Positions 39,200 to 53,209 of a stretch of DNA of 64,000 nucleotides are shown here, in pieces (within the stretch, counting starts at the first letter, position 1; every line of letters starts with the position of its first letter). The notes beneath the pieces are model-generated. The model was given only the letters and a program-made list of their open reading frames with translations. It made no database searches and was not told the origin of the DNA. This DNA is from Chiloscyllium plagiosum (lineage: Eukaryota): contig NC_057718.1 in the NCBI RefSeq assembly GCF_004010195.1, forward strand, positions 91,854,298 to 91,918,297. The letters run 5' to 3'. Made by a program: the position numbers and the translations under genes.

Positions 39200-40390
39200 A
39201 TCTCTAGAATGTTTTCATTTCTTCATGAATATTAATGATTGTAGCAAATTTTCATATTTCAGCCATTTCCCACATTTTCACTTTCACCCCTTTCCCTACT
39301 CCCAGAACTGCAAGAGTTCCACTTGTCATTCCTTTTCATCCCACCAGCCAAATATCAACCTGTGCTGTTTATATATCCTCCAGGGAGATGCCACAACCAA
39401 ACCAACCACAATCAGCATTCTGAAGAGACCGTCCTCAGCACGAGACACTGTCCTACAATCTTCATCAACACTCATCATCGTTCCATGTAATCATAGAAGA
39501 TGTAACAGCAGCTTTTTCACTACTCCCAACTGTTCAAGGCCCCAAATGTACCTTTTAGTGAACCAGCAGTTTACTTGCACTTATTTCAAGTCAGTACACC
39601 GCACTTGTTTCTCACTATGCAGTCTCATCTACAATGGGGAGACCAAACATGGATTAAATTAATGATAAAACAAAGAATTGCAGATGCTGGAGATCTGCAA
39701 CAAAGAAAAAAACAGAAATTGCTGGAGAAAATCAGCAGGTTTGGCACCATCTGTGGAGAGAAAATAGAGCTTACCATTCTAGGGTCACTTGTCTTGAAAC
39801 ATTAACTGCTTCTCTGCAATTGCTTTGTTACAGATTCAAGGAATATTTACAGAACACTTCCACTCAGTTTAGAAGCATAACTCCACATTTCAAGTTAATT
39901 GCCTTGCTTTCTCACTGACATTTCTGTCCTCGACTTGCTGCAGTTTTCAAAGTTCAATGCAAGCTCAAGAACATCCAAGCCACCTTTCAATTAGGCATTG
40001 GAGTCAGTGAGTTCAACAATTTCCTGTATCCTATTTTGTGTTTTTTTAGCTAAGTGCTGCTTTTAAACGTTTTATTCATAATTTTGCTTTCAAATGAGCT
40101 GTGCATTAGCCTGCCCTGTACTGCAACCATTACCACATTGGTTTTTTTCCATCATATCTTTGTAATTTAGTCCCTTCCGTCCTCTCAGAGACTTGCCCTT
40201 TTGTTTCTTCCCTCCTCTTCCTTTTTACAGCTGCAATTAACTTGTCACATTTCTAACTTCAGTTCTGAACTGGTCATTTTTGACTCAAAACATTAAACTG
40301 GTTTTTCCTTCTACTTATTCTGCCAAACCAAAATGTCTCCAGCATTTTTGTTCCATATCAGATTTCCTGCATCTGCAGTGCTTTACTTTT
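39200..40390 (+). mobile_element. Old Penelope-like element remnant with a nested PLE end at ~39665-39810
   Basis: RVPLVIPFHP linker, YNGETK (degenerate YIG motif), PLE-type 3' end cagcatttttg...gcatctgcagt. Confidence 0.65.
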
Positions 40391-40484
40391 ACATTTCAGG
40401 TTCACCTGGACAAAATACTTTGAACAGAATGATCAAAAAGTAGATGCCCTATAATAGAGTTCCATTTTTTTTAAACTTATTTAT

Positions 40485-40820
40485 GGGTGGCACGGTGGCT
40501 CAGTGGTTAGCACTGCTGCCTCACAGCACCAGAGACCTGGGTTCAATTTCCATCTCGGGCAACTGTCTGCGTGCAGTTTGCACGTTCTCCCCATGTCTGC
40601 GTGGGTTTCCTCAGGGTGCTCTGGTTTCCTCCCACAGTCCAAAGATGTGCAGGTTAGATGAACTGGCCACGCTAAATTGCCTGTAGTGTTAGATGCATTA
40701 GTCAGGGGTGAATATAGTGGAATGGGTCTGGGTGGGTTGCTCTTCAGAGGGTCTGTGTGGACTTGTTGGGACGAAGGGCCTGTTTCCACACTGTAGGGAA
40801 TCTAATCTATTCTAATCTAA
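40485..40820 (+). mobile_element. HE1-like tRNA-derived SINE
   Basis: A/B boxes; AATCT tail. Confidence 0.9.
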
Positions 40821-40981
40821 ATGCACAGATACAGTGATCTTGTGTAATTGTAAAATTCTAGTAGTTTGAGTAGACTATTAAAATATAAACCTGCACCTCA
40901 CAAAGTATGCAATATCCAAATACTCTGGAAAAATAGGACGGGTTTTGTAATTGCAAAGAAACTTTGTGGCTGGTACTTACA

Positions 40982-41970
40982 GTCATAGAGTTATACAGCA
41001 TGGAAACAGACCCTTCAGTCTAACTTGTCCATGCCAATCAGATATACTAAATTAACCTAGTCCCATTTGGCAGCATTTGGCTCATATCCCTCTAAACCAT
41101 TCCTAATCATGTGCCCATCCAGATGCATTTTAAATGTTCTAATTGTAACAGCCTCCACCACTTCTGCTGGCATAAATGCACCACCCTCTGCATGAAAAAG
41201 TTGCTCCTTAGGTCCCTTTTGATTTGTTCCCCTCTCACCTTAAACCTACACCCTCTAGATTTGGACTCACCTACCCTGGGGAAATTCACCCTATCTATGC
41301 CCCTCTATAAGGTCACTTCTTAACCTCCAACACTCCAGGGAAAATAGCCCCAGCCTATTCATCCTCTCCCTGTAATCTTCCAACCACGACCACATCCATG
41401 GAAATCTTTTCTGCACCCTTTCAAGTTTAACAACATTCTTCCTACAGAGGGGGTTGCAGTATTCCAAAAATGGTCAAACCAATGTCTTGTACATCCACAA
41501 CGTGACATTCCAACTCCTCTACTCAATGCACTGGCCAATAAAGGCAAGTGTACCAAAGACCGTTTTCACTACCCTGTCGACCTGTGACTCCACCTTCAAG
41601 GAGCTGTGAACCCCAAGGTCTCTTTGTTCAGCAACATTCCCCAGGACCCTACCATTAAATTTACGTCCTGCTCTAATTTGCAACACCTCATATTTACCTA
41701 AATTAAATTCCATCTGTTACCCCTTTGACTCCACCTTCAAGGAGCTGTGAACCCCAAGGTCTCTTTGTTCAGCAACATTCCCCAGGACCCTACCATTAAA
41801 TTTATGTCCTGCTCTAATTTGCCTTACCAAAATGCAACACCTCATATTTACCTAAATTAAATTCCATCTGTTACCCCTTGGGCCATCTGACCAAGATCCC
41901 ATTGTACTCTGAGATAACCTTCTTCACCATCTATGACACCACTAATTTTGGTATCACTTGCAAACTTACT
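40982..41970 (-). mobile_element. CR1-type LINE 3' region with an internal tandem duplication
   Basis: MEFNLGKYEVL...QRDLGVH; 41585-41725 is duplicated at 41726-41879. Confidence 0.85.
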
Positions 41971-43335
41971 AATGACTGTTTAACTCTGGAAAATTCTCAT
42001 TTCGTTCATCACAAGTGATCTATTTTAATAATTCTGCCAAGAGATGTTCCAGGTGAATGATTCATGTCATGTCTCAGGAAATCTAATGAAAGGGATAGTG
42101 TTATAATATTTCAATCAGACCAGCCCCCTATCTGGTCAGTAAAAATGGATTTGGAAGAATTTACCTAACTTGGAGAACTCTCAATCTTGGTCTAAGACTG
42201 AAAAAAATCACTATACTCACTGCAATGTTTCAGCATTGGTCCTTAACATTTCAAAATTCTTGATGCATACTATTTTAGCTACTTGCACCTTACCTAGGAA
42301 GTAGCACTAAGTACATAACTTAGAAATTGATTCTCACATCTACTGAAGCACGAAGCAAATCAAGCATTCGGTTCTCTTTATTTCAATATAGTTTTTCCTG
42401 GAACAAATCACTAGCCTGTCAACAAAGGCTTTGGCTTGAAAGGTTGCACTTTCCATCAGCATTGCATGACCAAGAGAATTTCCCATAGGCATAAATGAAC
42501 AATTTGCAGTGGGTAACCTGTTTGATCATGTAATGAATGCATCTTCCATGGCCATCAAATCCCATAATCGGATTCAAAGCTAGAACTTCTTGCAAAGGGA
42601 GACTACCTTCTGCACTATAAGACCTCTATCGTATGTATGACTTCCCCTGAAATACAAACATCAGATCATTACAAACAGGTGCACGTCATCACAGTAAAAT
42701 AAGTTCTTAATAGAAGTACGCTGAACACAATTAAGCTTCTCTTCTTCATCATTTCACTCAACGGTTTTAATCACTGGTATCGCTGCCTGACAGTTCTTTG
42801 GAAATTCCATGATTGAATGTGCTTTAAGGCTGTGCTAAAGAGAATTCTGACTTACTGGATACCTAAAAAGTATCTTTTTTTAAATTGAAGAAACCACTCT
42901 CAACATGATTACTTTCCTTGCATTGGTAACAACTCCACAATTATGACGTTTAGACAGAACTGAATAGGTCAATATAATGTTTCCAGTGCGAAAAGGGTTG
43001 AAGCAGTCCTAACAAGCAAAGCTGCTTGACAAAGTTGTAGGAATATGGAAATGCCCTTGAGTGGCATAAAATATTATCATCCTATTCACTGGGTTGCAGA
43101 AAAACCCAGTGCTTGCTTCTGCAGTCAGCACAATTCAAAACCATGCTGAATACAAAGCTTCACAAGAATTATCTACTCCATTTCAGGGATGTCAACATAG
43201 TACTTTACAAAACATTACATATTACTTATCATGCCTATAGAGTTTGCTCTGAGAAAAGACTATCATCCTGTGTTCTTTTGTATACATCTACCCAACAGTG
43301 TTACTTCAGTAAATATCAGGGTGCAGGGAATCTGA

Positions 43336-43576
43336 ATAAAAACCAAAAGAACTGCGGATGCTGTAAACCACAAACAAAAACAGAAGTTGCCAGAAAAGCT
43401 CAGCAGATCTGGCAGAAAACAGAAATCAAAGTTAACGTTTCGGGTCCAGTGACCTTTCCTTTGAATTTCCTCCAGTTCTGAGGACGGGTCTCCGGACCCG
43501 AAATGTTAACTTTGATTATTCTTCACAGATGCTGCCAGACCTGCTGAGCTTTTCCAACAACTTCTGTTTTTGTTGT
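43336..43576. mobile_element. Palindromic mini Penelope-like element
   Basis: 11-bp TSD agggaatctga (43325-35, 43577-87); arms are reverse complements of each other. Confidence 0.85.
43474..43511 (+). ncRNA. Minimal hammerhead ribozyme, core intact
   Basis: AGUU CUGAGGA C GGGUC-UCCG-GACCC GAAA U GUU^ AACU. Confidence 0.75.
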
Positions 43577-45098
43577 AGGGAATCTGATATGTCCATTTTA
43601 CAACAGTTCAATTCTTCTAATCTTTCCAAATTCAGTTATTATATCACCTAACTTAAATATTTATAGAAGATTACACAAATGTGATTATGTCAATCATCTC
43701 ACCCAAAGAGATAATTATTTATTTAACTGCAACGCGCTCTCTCAGACTGGAAATTAATAAACTAACTGAACAAAGGACAAGTAAGTCTAAGTGTAAGACA
43801 GTCTTGAAACTCAAACTTGGAGTATTTTAATTTCTCATGGGCTTCAACCTGCAAAAGCATTTACTGAAAACCATAACACACAACGATCCATACAAACAGA
43901 GTAGTTGCTACCAAAAAATGAGATTTTTGAAGCTTCTCAAATATTATTTTTACCTTACGAATTACAAATTGAACATCCTCTCTGTGCTAAGTTATTCTTC
44001 TTTTAGAAAAGAATGTCAAATCAAAATAAAATCAGTATCCTATGACAAAGCAAATGAATCTTGAATAATTTTATTTACTCTATACGATTTTGGCCTGCAA
44101 GCATAACGTTATTCACAAACTAGTAGTTCTATGGTCATAAAGAATAATGTTCTATATCCAAAGATTAAAGCAAACAATTTGATAAAAATAACATTGAAAT
44201 AAATAAATGAACTCATTTCGGCTCTAACTGCATTGAATTAAAGACACATGAAAAAAAACTCTTTCATTATTTATCACGTTTATGCAGAAGTCTGCATAAT
44301 TTATTACGCTGATTGAATTCAATCAGTATTCGGAACTGAATCTTCAAAACATAATGAATATTTTATTTACAATGCACTTTGAGCAAGATATATTTGTAAA
44401 ATAATTTGTTTACGGCAAGTATGGCTAGTGGTTAAGATACTGGACTAGCAAGGTCACGATTTCAAATCAGAAAACATATTGAACACAAAAAAAAACTCAA
44501 TTTGTGAACGAGTACCAGTAGAAAGAAAAATGACGATGAACCATATATAATTGTTCTAAAAAATCCACCGGTTTATCAAGCCACTTGCAATGGGAACATG
44601 TCACTCCAAACCTCCAAAAAATATTATGGTCTAATTTGATTCCAGTACCACACAACATCCCATCTTTATATGACCACTGGGCAAAGATGGATGAGAAATA
44701 AATATTATCTTGCAAGAATGTAGCCAGAAATGGAGAGGTTAGGCTTTTGTAAAGGGTTACTTTCTAAGAATTGAGATGATGTTTCAACTTGCATTTACTC
44801 CAGTTGATGATCCAAAATTGTTTGATATAGACACTGACAGAGAATTTTCTATTTCACAGCATCTAAATCTCTCGAACACAAAATACAAACCAAGCTTTTA
44901 TCCACAAGCAATTAAGCTTCCATACATATGCAATCTTATCAGACTAATCGTCATTTTGACTGATGTTCACGTGAGGTTGACACTATTTTGGTTACATCTG
45001 AATAATTTCTACAAACCTTCATGTTCTCCCTTTACAATTTAAATCCAATTCATGCTCTTCTTTCCATAACAAACTCCAAATAAACATCTTGGCAAATA

Positions 45099-45239
45099 CA
45101 GAACAACCTCCATTATCCGAACGTCAATTATCCGAATTTCGGATTATCCGAACAAGATCTCAAGGTCCCGTAAAAACGTTATCAGTTATCCGAACAAAAT
45201 CCTCCCACCCATCTCGGTCAGATAATCGAGGTTGTTCTG
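45099..45239. mobile_element. Tc1/mariner-pogo (Tigger-like) MITE, 141 bp
   Basis: TA TSD; 22-bp TIR cagaacaacctc(c/g)attatc(c/t)ga; TTATCCGAA repeated four times. Confidence 0.9.
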
Positions 45240-45439
45240 TACCTAATGAAATCTTTGTTACTAATCAATTCAATTTGTTTTTCCAAACTGCTCGAGTATA
45301 GCAGTGGAGCTCAGTTTATAAACTTCCAGATCTGCCTATAATCTGTTATAACACACAGTATTTATGAAACAATTCAATGCAATTGAAGGCATTTAAATCT
45401 GAATGTAATACTTTTGTTTAAATCTCTGAAAGTCTAAAA

Positions 45440-45925
45440 GCACTGTTTTTCAAACTGCATTTCCTTGCAACAGATTCCAACCTTTTCCCAAGCAGCAGTC
45501 TGAAGTTGAGCCAGTTTGCTTGCAACCTTGGTGTCACACTTAATCCAGACATAAGGTTCCAAGCTCTGACTAGTGTTATCACTAGACCATTTATTTTCAC
45601 ATCCTTAACACTCCAACTTCTTCCCTGCCTCAACTCATCTACTGTTGAAAAGTTGCATTCGGGTTTTCATTACGTTCAGATTATCCTATTCCACACACTA
45701 CTGCCTGATCTCTCATATTCTATCTTCTGCAAACTGAAGTCATCCAAATCGCAACAGCCCACATCTCAGCTTGCAGCAAGTCCCATCCCTCTACCATTCC
45801 AGTGCTTGCTCCATTGGCTCCCAGTCAACTATCCTCTTTATTTGAAAATTCCAATCCATTTTCTCCATGCCCTCACCCTGCCTACTTCTGTAACCTCCTC
45901 CAACCTCAAAATTCTAAGATATCTT
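45440..45925 (+). mobile_element. L2-type LINE fragment
   Basis: NLGVTLNPD and LHWLPV motifs of the L2 ORF2 C-terminus. Confidence 0.7.
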
Positions 45926-46538
45926 TAGACATTTGAACTGATGCTTCCAGTTGTGTAGGCCCCTCGAATACGCGATCCCCGGAATACTGGGTCTCCATAA
46001 TTACAAAATGACATTTTTGCAGCTTATCAAACCTTACTCTAAATTGGGTGCTATGTGCTTCCTACGTTGCAAAAGTAATTACGCTTCATTAAATCCATCG
46101 TCGGCTGGGAAGTACTTTGTCACACCCTTAGAAAAGAAGATGTAAAGTACCATTCACAACCTAAGTTTTCATTATTCACACATAAGGATTCATTAAAAGA
46201 ATACTTAATAAGCATTTTTTTTTATACGAAACAACTTTTAAGTGAAGGTGTTCATTCATTTTATGGAGTTAAATTATTAATGATATGACATTATATATAA
46301 AGGAAATGGCAAAAATTGGATATCAATCCCTTACAGGTTCATTTTGTTGTTAGCTTTCATGGCTGTATAAAAGAGTTCACTTCAATGTCAAAACAAAACT
46401 GCATAGCTCTTCAAGAAAAGAAAGTATAGGTGCATGGCAGTATGTCATGACTTTAAAAATATTTTCTATACAATCAATGCATCAAGTTAACTAATTTCGG
46501 TATGTCAAGAATTAAGTGCAATCAGTTGTCACAATGAT

Positions 46539-46662
46539 TGAAGAAGGGCTTATGCCCGAAACGTCGATTCTCCTGTTCCCTGGATGCTGCCTGACCTGCT
46601 GCGCTTTTCCAGCAACACATTTTCAGCTCTGATCTCCAGCATCTGCAGACCTCACTTTCTCC
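46539..46662 (+). mobile_element. Penelope-like 3' end, truncated inside the hammerhead core
   Basis: tgaagaagggcttatgcccgaaacgtcg is identical to 54133-54160 but lacks core C3. Confidence 0.8.
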
Positions 46663-46675
46663 ACAATCTATTTTA

Positions 46676-48982
46676 ACCCCAGTGCTGAATCCACCTCTGT
46701 TATTTATATAAATGATTTAGATGAGAATATAGAAGGCATTGTTAGTAAGTTTGCAGATGACACCAAAAGTGGTAAGGTGCACAGTCAGCTGAGGTTATCT
46801 AAGATTACAAAGCGATCTTGATCAATTGAGTCAATGGGCTGAGGAGTGGCAGATGGAATTTAATTCGGATAAATGTGAGAACAATGACAGGTCTTTTAAA
46901 AATAATGGTAGGGCCCTGGATGGTGTTGTGGACAGAGACACCTAGGGGTTCAGTAAATCAAAAAAATTATTGTGACTCATAATTCTTTGAAGTTTGAGTC
47001 ACAAAAAGACACAGTGGTTAAGAAGACGCTTAGCACATTTGCCTTCATTGCTCAGCCCTTTGAGTAAAGGAGTTGGAAAGTCATGCTGAAGTTGTACCGC
47101 ATTTTGGTGAGTCCACTCTGTATCCAGTCCTGGTCATCCTGTTATAGGAAGGAAATTATTAAGCTGGAGAGGGTTCAGAAAAGATTTACCCATATGTGGC
47201 CAGAAATAGAGGGTTTGAGTGATAAGGACAGGCTGGGACTTTTTTTCTCCAATGAAGTGTAGGAGGTTGGGTTGACCTTCTGGAGGTTTATAAAATCATG
47301 AGTACAGATAAGGTGAATGGCAGGTGTCTTTTTCTCAAGGTTGGGAAATTTCAAGATCGGGGCATATTTTGTAAGGTGAGAGGAGAAAGATTTTAAAAAG
47401 CCATGAGGGGCAACTTTTTTTAAAAAAACAAGTGGTCTGAGTGTGGAATGAACAGCTGGAGGAAGTAGTGGATGCAGGCACAGTTACAATGTTTAAAATA
47501 CATTTGGATAAGTACACGAATAAGAAATGTCAGGAGGGATATGGGCCAAGTGCAGGCAGGTGGGACTAGTTTAGTTTGGGATTATAAAACCAGAAGACAT
47601 AGGAGTGGATGTAAGGCCATTTGACCCATCGAGTACACTCCACCATTTCATCATGGCTGATGGGCATTTCAATTCCACTTACCCGCACTCTTCCCATAGC
47701 TCTTAAATTCTTCATCTCACAAGGAATTATCAGTCTCTGCCTTGAAGACATTTGATATCCCAGCCTCCAATGCGCTCCGTGGTAATGAATTCCATAGGCC
47801 CACCACTCTCTGGCTGAAGAAATGTCTCCTTATTTCTGTTCTAAATTGACCCCCCTCTAATTCTAAGGATGTGCCCACGTGTCCTAGTCTCTCCACCTTA
47901 CGGAAACAAATTCCCAGCTCCACCCTTTCTAAGCCATATATTATCTTGTAAGTTTCTATTAGATCTCCTCTCAATCTTCTAAACTCTCTGAATACAATTC
48001 CAGGATCCTCAGCCATTCACCGTTTGTTAGGCCTACCATTCCAGGGCTCATCTGCGTGAATCTCTGCTGGACACGCTCCAGTGCCAGTATGTCCTTCCTG
48101 AGGTGTGGGACCGAAAATTTGACACAGTATTCTAAATGGGGCCTAACTAGAGCTTTATAAATTCTCAGAAGCACGTCGCAGCTTTTATATTCCAATCCTC
48201 TTGAGATAAATGACAACATTACATTTGCTTTCTTAATCACAGACTCAACCTGTAAGTCAACCTTTAGAGAATCCTGGATTAGCACTCCCAGATCCCTTTG
48301 TACTTTGGCTTTATGAATTTTTTCACTGTTTAGAAAATAGCCCATGCCTGTATTCTTCGTTTCAAAGAGCAAGACCTCGCACTTGCTCACGCTGAATTTC
48401 ATCAGCCATTTCCTGGACGACTCTCCTAAACTGTCTAAATCTTTCTGCAGCGTCCCGACCTCCTCAGTACAACCTGCCTATCCACCTAACTTTGTATCAT
48501 TGGCGAACTTCGCCAGAATGCCCCCAGTCCCTTCATCCAGATCATTAATATATAAAGTGAACAGCTGCGGCTCCAACATTAAACCCTGTGGGACACCACT
48601 TGTCACCAGCCTACATTCCGAAAAAGAACCTTTTATCCCAACTCTCTGCCTTCTGTCAGACAGCCAATCCCCAATCCATGCCAGTACCTCATTGCAAACA
48701 CCATGGGCTCTCACCTTACTCAGCAGCCTCCCATGAGGGACCTTATCAAAGGCCTTTTCGAAATCTAGATAGATAACATCCACTGGATTTCCCTGGTCTA
48801 ACCTACTTGTTACCTCTTCAAACAGAGGTAACAAAGAATTCCAAAAGGTTTGTCAGGCATGACCTCCCCCTACTAAATCCATGCTGACTTGTTCTAATCC
48901 GAACCTGCACTTCCACTGCCAATTATGATTGGCATGGACTGGTTGGACTGAAGGGTCAGTGTCCATGCTGTATGACTCTATG
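46676..48982 (+). mobile_element. CR1-type LINE 3' part, split by a second CR1 insertion
   Basis: IYINDLDE...SKFADDTK; the 3' UTR resumes at 48922. Confidence 0.85.
47586..48921 (-). mobile_element. Younger CR1-type LINE RT fragment nested in the plus-strand CR1
   Basis: YLDFEKAFDKVPH, SGVPQG, KFANDTK, LVRPHLEYC; flanked by attat (47581-85, 48922-26). Confidence 0.92.
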
Positions 48983-49247
48983 GTAGCCTTTATTGAAAAA
49001 TGTAACAGAAAAGGTATCAAATCAAATGTCTCTGCTGAAATATATCAAAAACGCCATAGTTGAGAAAGTTAAGGCACTCTGGTTATCCATGACTACATCA
49101 CCCTTCACAACATCTGGTGCTTTGCAAACAACTTTGAGAAGAGTTTTAATCATAGTAAAAGTTTATAATTTTTGTTCAGTAGATTGTATATTGCATAGAA
49201 GGCATTGCGTACAATAGATCCGAATTTTTTTTTAATCACGCACTAAC

Positions 49248-49478
49248 CTGGTGAAACACTTCATTGATAAAATTTACATTAGCTTGAGAGGAAAAGAGAA
49301 CTCTCTGAACCATCTCATAGACTGGCTGATATTCTTCTTCAATGCTGCAGAGGCTAGAGGTGCTGAGTCTTCTTTCAGATAGAGTGCTGCTATTGGAGTG
49401 AGATCGATCCTGCTCAGAGGTCCCACTTGCTTCTGATTCAATGGCTTTCTCCTGAGTTGATGGGTTTGCAGTCACTGA
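49248..49478 (-). CDS. RALGAPA2: RALGAPA2 exon, [11 protein letters not shown]...[52 protein letters not shown]
   Basis: CAG acceptor (GAGCAG tandem), GTTAGT donor; 231 nt, phase 0->0. Confidence 0.94.
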
Positions 49479-50624
49479 CTGCTCAGCCAAGAAGAAATAT
49501 TTAAAAAACAGAAATTTAAGAAATGCATCTATTTGCCTCAAATGAAAATTTTTGTCCTGCCAATTATTGTTATCACACCCAGGCACTGTCAACGTCAATG
49601 CAATTTAAATTTATATCAAGTATTTTTGAATGTAATACAGAGATGTAGTCCAGCATTTTTGAACTCCGTCTCAGGCAGTCGACAGATAATTAAGCTCAAT
49701 CTCCAAGGAATTTTCAAGCATAAGTGAAATTTCACATTAGATTATGAACATGATCTCCTGCTAAATACAGTTAATCATTGGTGAAACAGCCAACGTCAAT
49801 TGCATTTTACAGAATGCCACCTATATGTATTGTTCATCATTTAATTAACCAACAAAGCCAAACTTCTCAATCCAGCGCAAAACTATTTGCTGTCAGAGAT
49901 GCTTGGCAGGGAACAAATATAATTTGTATAGATGGGTGCTCCTAGAAAAAGAAAATGCATTTCTTTATGTAGCTGTGCTCTAACTGATAATAGTGAACTT
50001 TTGCCATCTTAAAAATTTGGCAGATTAATTTCCTGCACCGATGATTGTAAATCTCGCAGATCCGAATTCAAGAATTGCTTCCCAGAATAACTCATCGTTT
50101 AAAAAAAAGATATATTTAGGAAACAAGAAAATATTGCATTTACATCAAATTTTAAACACTATTTGAATATCAAGTTTTGAAGCAAAATTTGTATGCCAAA
50201 ACGTGCATTCACTTAGTTGCTCATTTCAAGTAGCTGAAAAGTCTGCAGAGGCCACGAATCAAGGGAGAACATGGGTTAGAAATTCTTTTATTTCTGGTTA
50301 AACAAGCAAAGTAAAATTAAATGTATTACTGGTTCTTTGATAATTAAGGAAGAAACCTATCAAGTTCAGTCAGACATTTATATTACCTTATCTAAAGATC
50401 AGATTAAAACAGAAAACTGTAGGATTGGGTCATGATATTGGCTGAGCAATTTTAAATGTCTGCCAACTGAGTCTTTACAGGATAGTGGAAGCAACATCAC
50501 TGCACTTTGTTCAATATGTGCAGTGCTCAAAGAAACCAAGCATTAGCAGTTTCATGGTTACAACTAGAATTAAAGTACTTAAACATTGCTATATTTCTTA
50601 AGTTATCAAACCATCCAAACGTAC

Positions 50625-50824
50625 CTGGATAATTTTAGGTAGCATCTCTCCACCATTCTTAGTGTTTTGATTTGTGGCAGTGTACTTCTTTTCCAGAAAG
50701 AAGGTCACAAGCCACTTAATAAATGCCACCCGAGCTGCCAAGTACTGGTCCCTTGTACTGTAAATGCTGTCATTATTTCGTGTTACATTGATATATAGTG
50801 GCTTTGGTCTCATCTGAGGAATTT
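50625..50824 (-). CDS. RALGAPA2: RALGAPA2 exon, [48 protein letters not shown]...LPKIIQ
   Basis: AG/GT flanks; 200 nt, phase 1->0; in ORF 50598..50813. Confidence 0.95.
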
Positions 50825-50978
50825 CTGGTTAAGATACATAAAAAGCATCATACTTCTGAACCTTCCATCTTTATCAAGTTTAAAACGATAAAATCAAAAC
50901 AAGATATTTCTAAGTTTTAATACAACATATTGTTCTACAAATTGTTGAGACAACTCACTATTTGAAACATGTTTGTTT

Positions 50979-51625
50979 TGTGATGATACTATGGCTTTAA
51001 GGGGGTGTTTTTGTCCCTTTTTTTAAATGGAGAAAGGTTGAGACAGAGGTGTCAAGCAGCCTGCTCCAAAGCCAATAAAGTAAACTGCTTGAAAGGCCGT
51101 GGGTTTTTTTTAAAGTTAGAACAATAAAAGCAGCCTGAATCGGTGGGGTCAAGCTCCCACAGAACCAGGACTTCTTTGTTGTAGCTTTAGTCTTCATTGG
51201 CAGTTGCTGGGGTCATGAAACTGGGTGAGGAAGCTCTTATTCCTCGCTATTACAGCTAAAAACTGGGGTTCTCTTCCTGATGCTAGAATTGCATGTCAGA
51301 CAAACTATTTTACTGAAATTGTCTTTGCTGAGAGCGTGTTTGTAAGATGTTACTATATTGGAGCAGTTGATTAGTAATAGTTTACATAAAAACTTTGTTA
51401 AGCATTTCAATAGTTACAATTAAGAGCTAATTCTTTTATTTTTATTTTGTCTCTATATTAATTATAGTGCAGGTATGAAGTGTGTTTTATTTCAAACCTG
51501 GTAATTTGACCAATTGAATTGCATCTGAAACACAACACCTTACACTCAGCTGTAAACTAAGAAAAAATTAAGATCTAGACTAGCTCTGTAATATATTCTG
51601 AAGGGGTTTTGTCTAGTCCATAACA
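50979..51625 (+). mobile_element. Solo LTR
   Basis: tgtgatg...cataaca inverted termini; 4-bp TSD gttt. Confidence 0.82.
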
Positions 51626-52138
51626 GTTTCCACAAAGGTTTTCAGTTTTACAACCAGTGAACAATTACTGACACTATTTATAACAAGGATTTAACCTGCA
51701 GCAAACGTGAAGAGCCAAGATCAGTCACCATATAATTCTCTCAATCAATCATGATCAAACGAGAATAAAAACCTTACAATATTACATCTATGTAAGTTCA
51801 CCATTTTGCCATTTGCTATAATGGATCCTGATGTGATTTTGTTTTTAAAAGTTACTTGACATTGTTAGTGGCAATAGAACAGAGTGGAGTGAGCTTAACA
51901 CGTGCATGCTCACTTCTGATAAATCTTCCTTGGAATTTTCATGGATATACCTAACTGGCTAAACTTTTTTGCAGCAATAAAATTTCTATCACTTTTGTGC
52001 TGATACAGTAGTACAATCTACATGGAATTCTAGGACTCACTATTCCCCAAAATCATGGATGAAAAGCTCACACTGGGAAAACAAAACAACTTTCATCCTG
52101 CGTCTATATACAATTATGTTGGCAGCTTTCATGAACTT

Positions 52139-52289
52139 GGCAAAAGTGAGGACTGCAGATGCTGGAAACCAGAGTTTTGATCAGAGTGGTGCTGGAAAAG
52201 CACAGCAGGGCAGGCAGCATCAGAGGAGCAGGAAAATCAACGTTTCGGGCAAAAGCTGGTTTCCAGCATCTGCAGTCCTCACTTTTGCC
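52139..52289. mobile_element. Mini Penelope-like end with perfect ~34-bp inverted arms
   Basis: ggcaaaagtgaggactgcagatgctggaaaccag / ctggtttccagcatctgcagtcctcacttttgcc. Confidence 0.8.
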
Positions 52290-52519
52290 CAGAATGAGAG
52301 GAGTGCAGGTATCTCAGAGGGTTGAAGAATTTAAGGAAATTTTAGTGATAAGACATAGTGAGGTCATGGAAGTTTTTAAAAACAAAAAAAGAATAGCATT
52401 TTGAAATTGACCTGTTGATTAATCAGTAGTCAATGCTAGTCAGAGAGCAAAGTGGTGATGGGTGAATAGGATAGGAATGAATTAGCACAGGAGCTGCAGA
52501 GATAATCTTAAGTTTATCA

Positions 52520-52640
52520 AGGATAGAGTCCAAAACATCGATTTTCCTGCTCCTCAGATGCTACCTGAACTGCTGTGCTTTTCCAGCACCACTCTAATCC
52601 AGAATCTGGTTTCCAGCACCTGCAGTCATTGATTTTACCC
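52520..52640 (+). mobile_element. Penelope-like 3' end
   Basis: Reverse-complement similarity to 52150-52245. Confidence 0.7.
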
Positions 52641-53209
52641 ATTTGAAAGGATAGTAGGTCACAAATCAAGTGAAGTTGCACAGTGGAAATAAGCAGGTGC
52701 AGTATGAAGCTCATCACAGCATCACATATGACACCACTTTTGATAACCAGCTGTTTTATATCAAGAAGTTGCTAGCAAAAGGAATGGATGATGTGGTAAA
52801 ACTGAGTTTGCAGTGGGCACCAAAAATGATGGACTCAATCTATCAAACATTTCCAATACCGAACAACCTAGATGGCCTCCTCTTTCAAAGACCACAATTT
52901 CCCCTCAGACGTGGTTGACGATGCTCTCCACCGCATCTCCTTCACTTCCTGCTCCTCCGCCCTTGACCTCCACCCCTCCAACCGCCACCAGGACAGAACC
53001 CCACTGGTCCTCACCTACTGCCCCACCAACCTCCAGATACATGGTATCATTTCCGCCACCTCCAAACAGACCCCACCACCAAGGATATATTTCCCTCCCC
53101 TCCCCTATCAGCGTTCCGGAAAGACCACTCCCTCCGCGACTCCCTCGTCAGGTCCACACCCCCCACCAACCCAACCTCCACTGCCCGGCACCTTCCCCTG
53201 CAACCGCAA

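Noticed and set aside
45099..45239. Short spaced repeats (TTATCCGAA) reminiscent of an array
   Set aside because: Subterminal repeats of a TA-flanked MITE; no CRISPR-like structure in this vertebrate DNA
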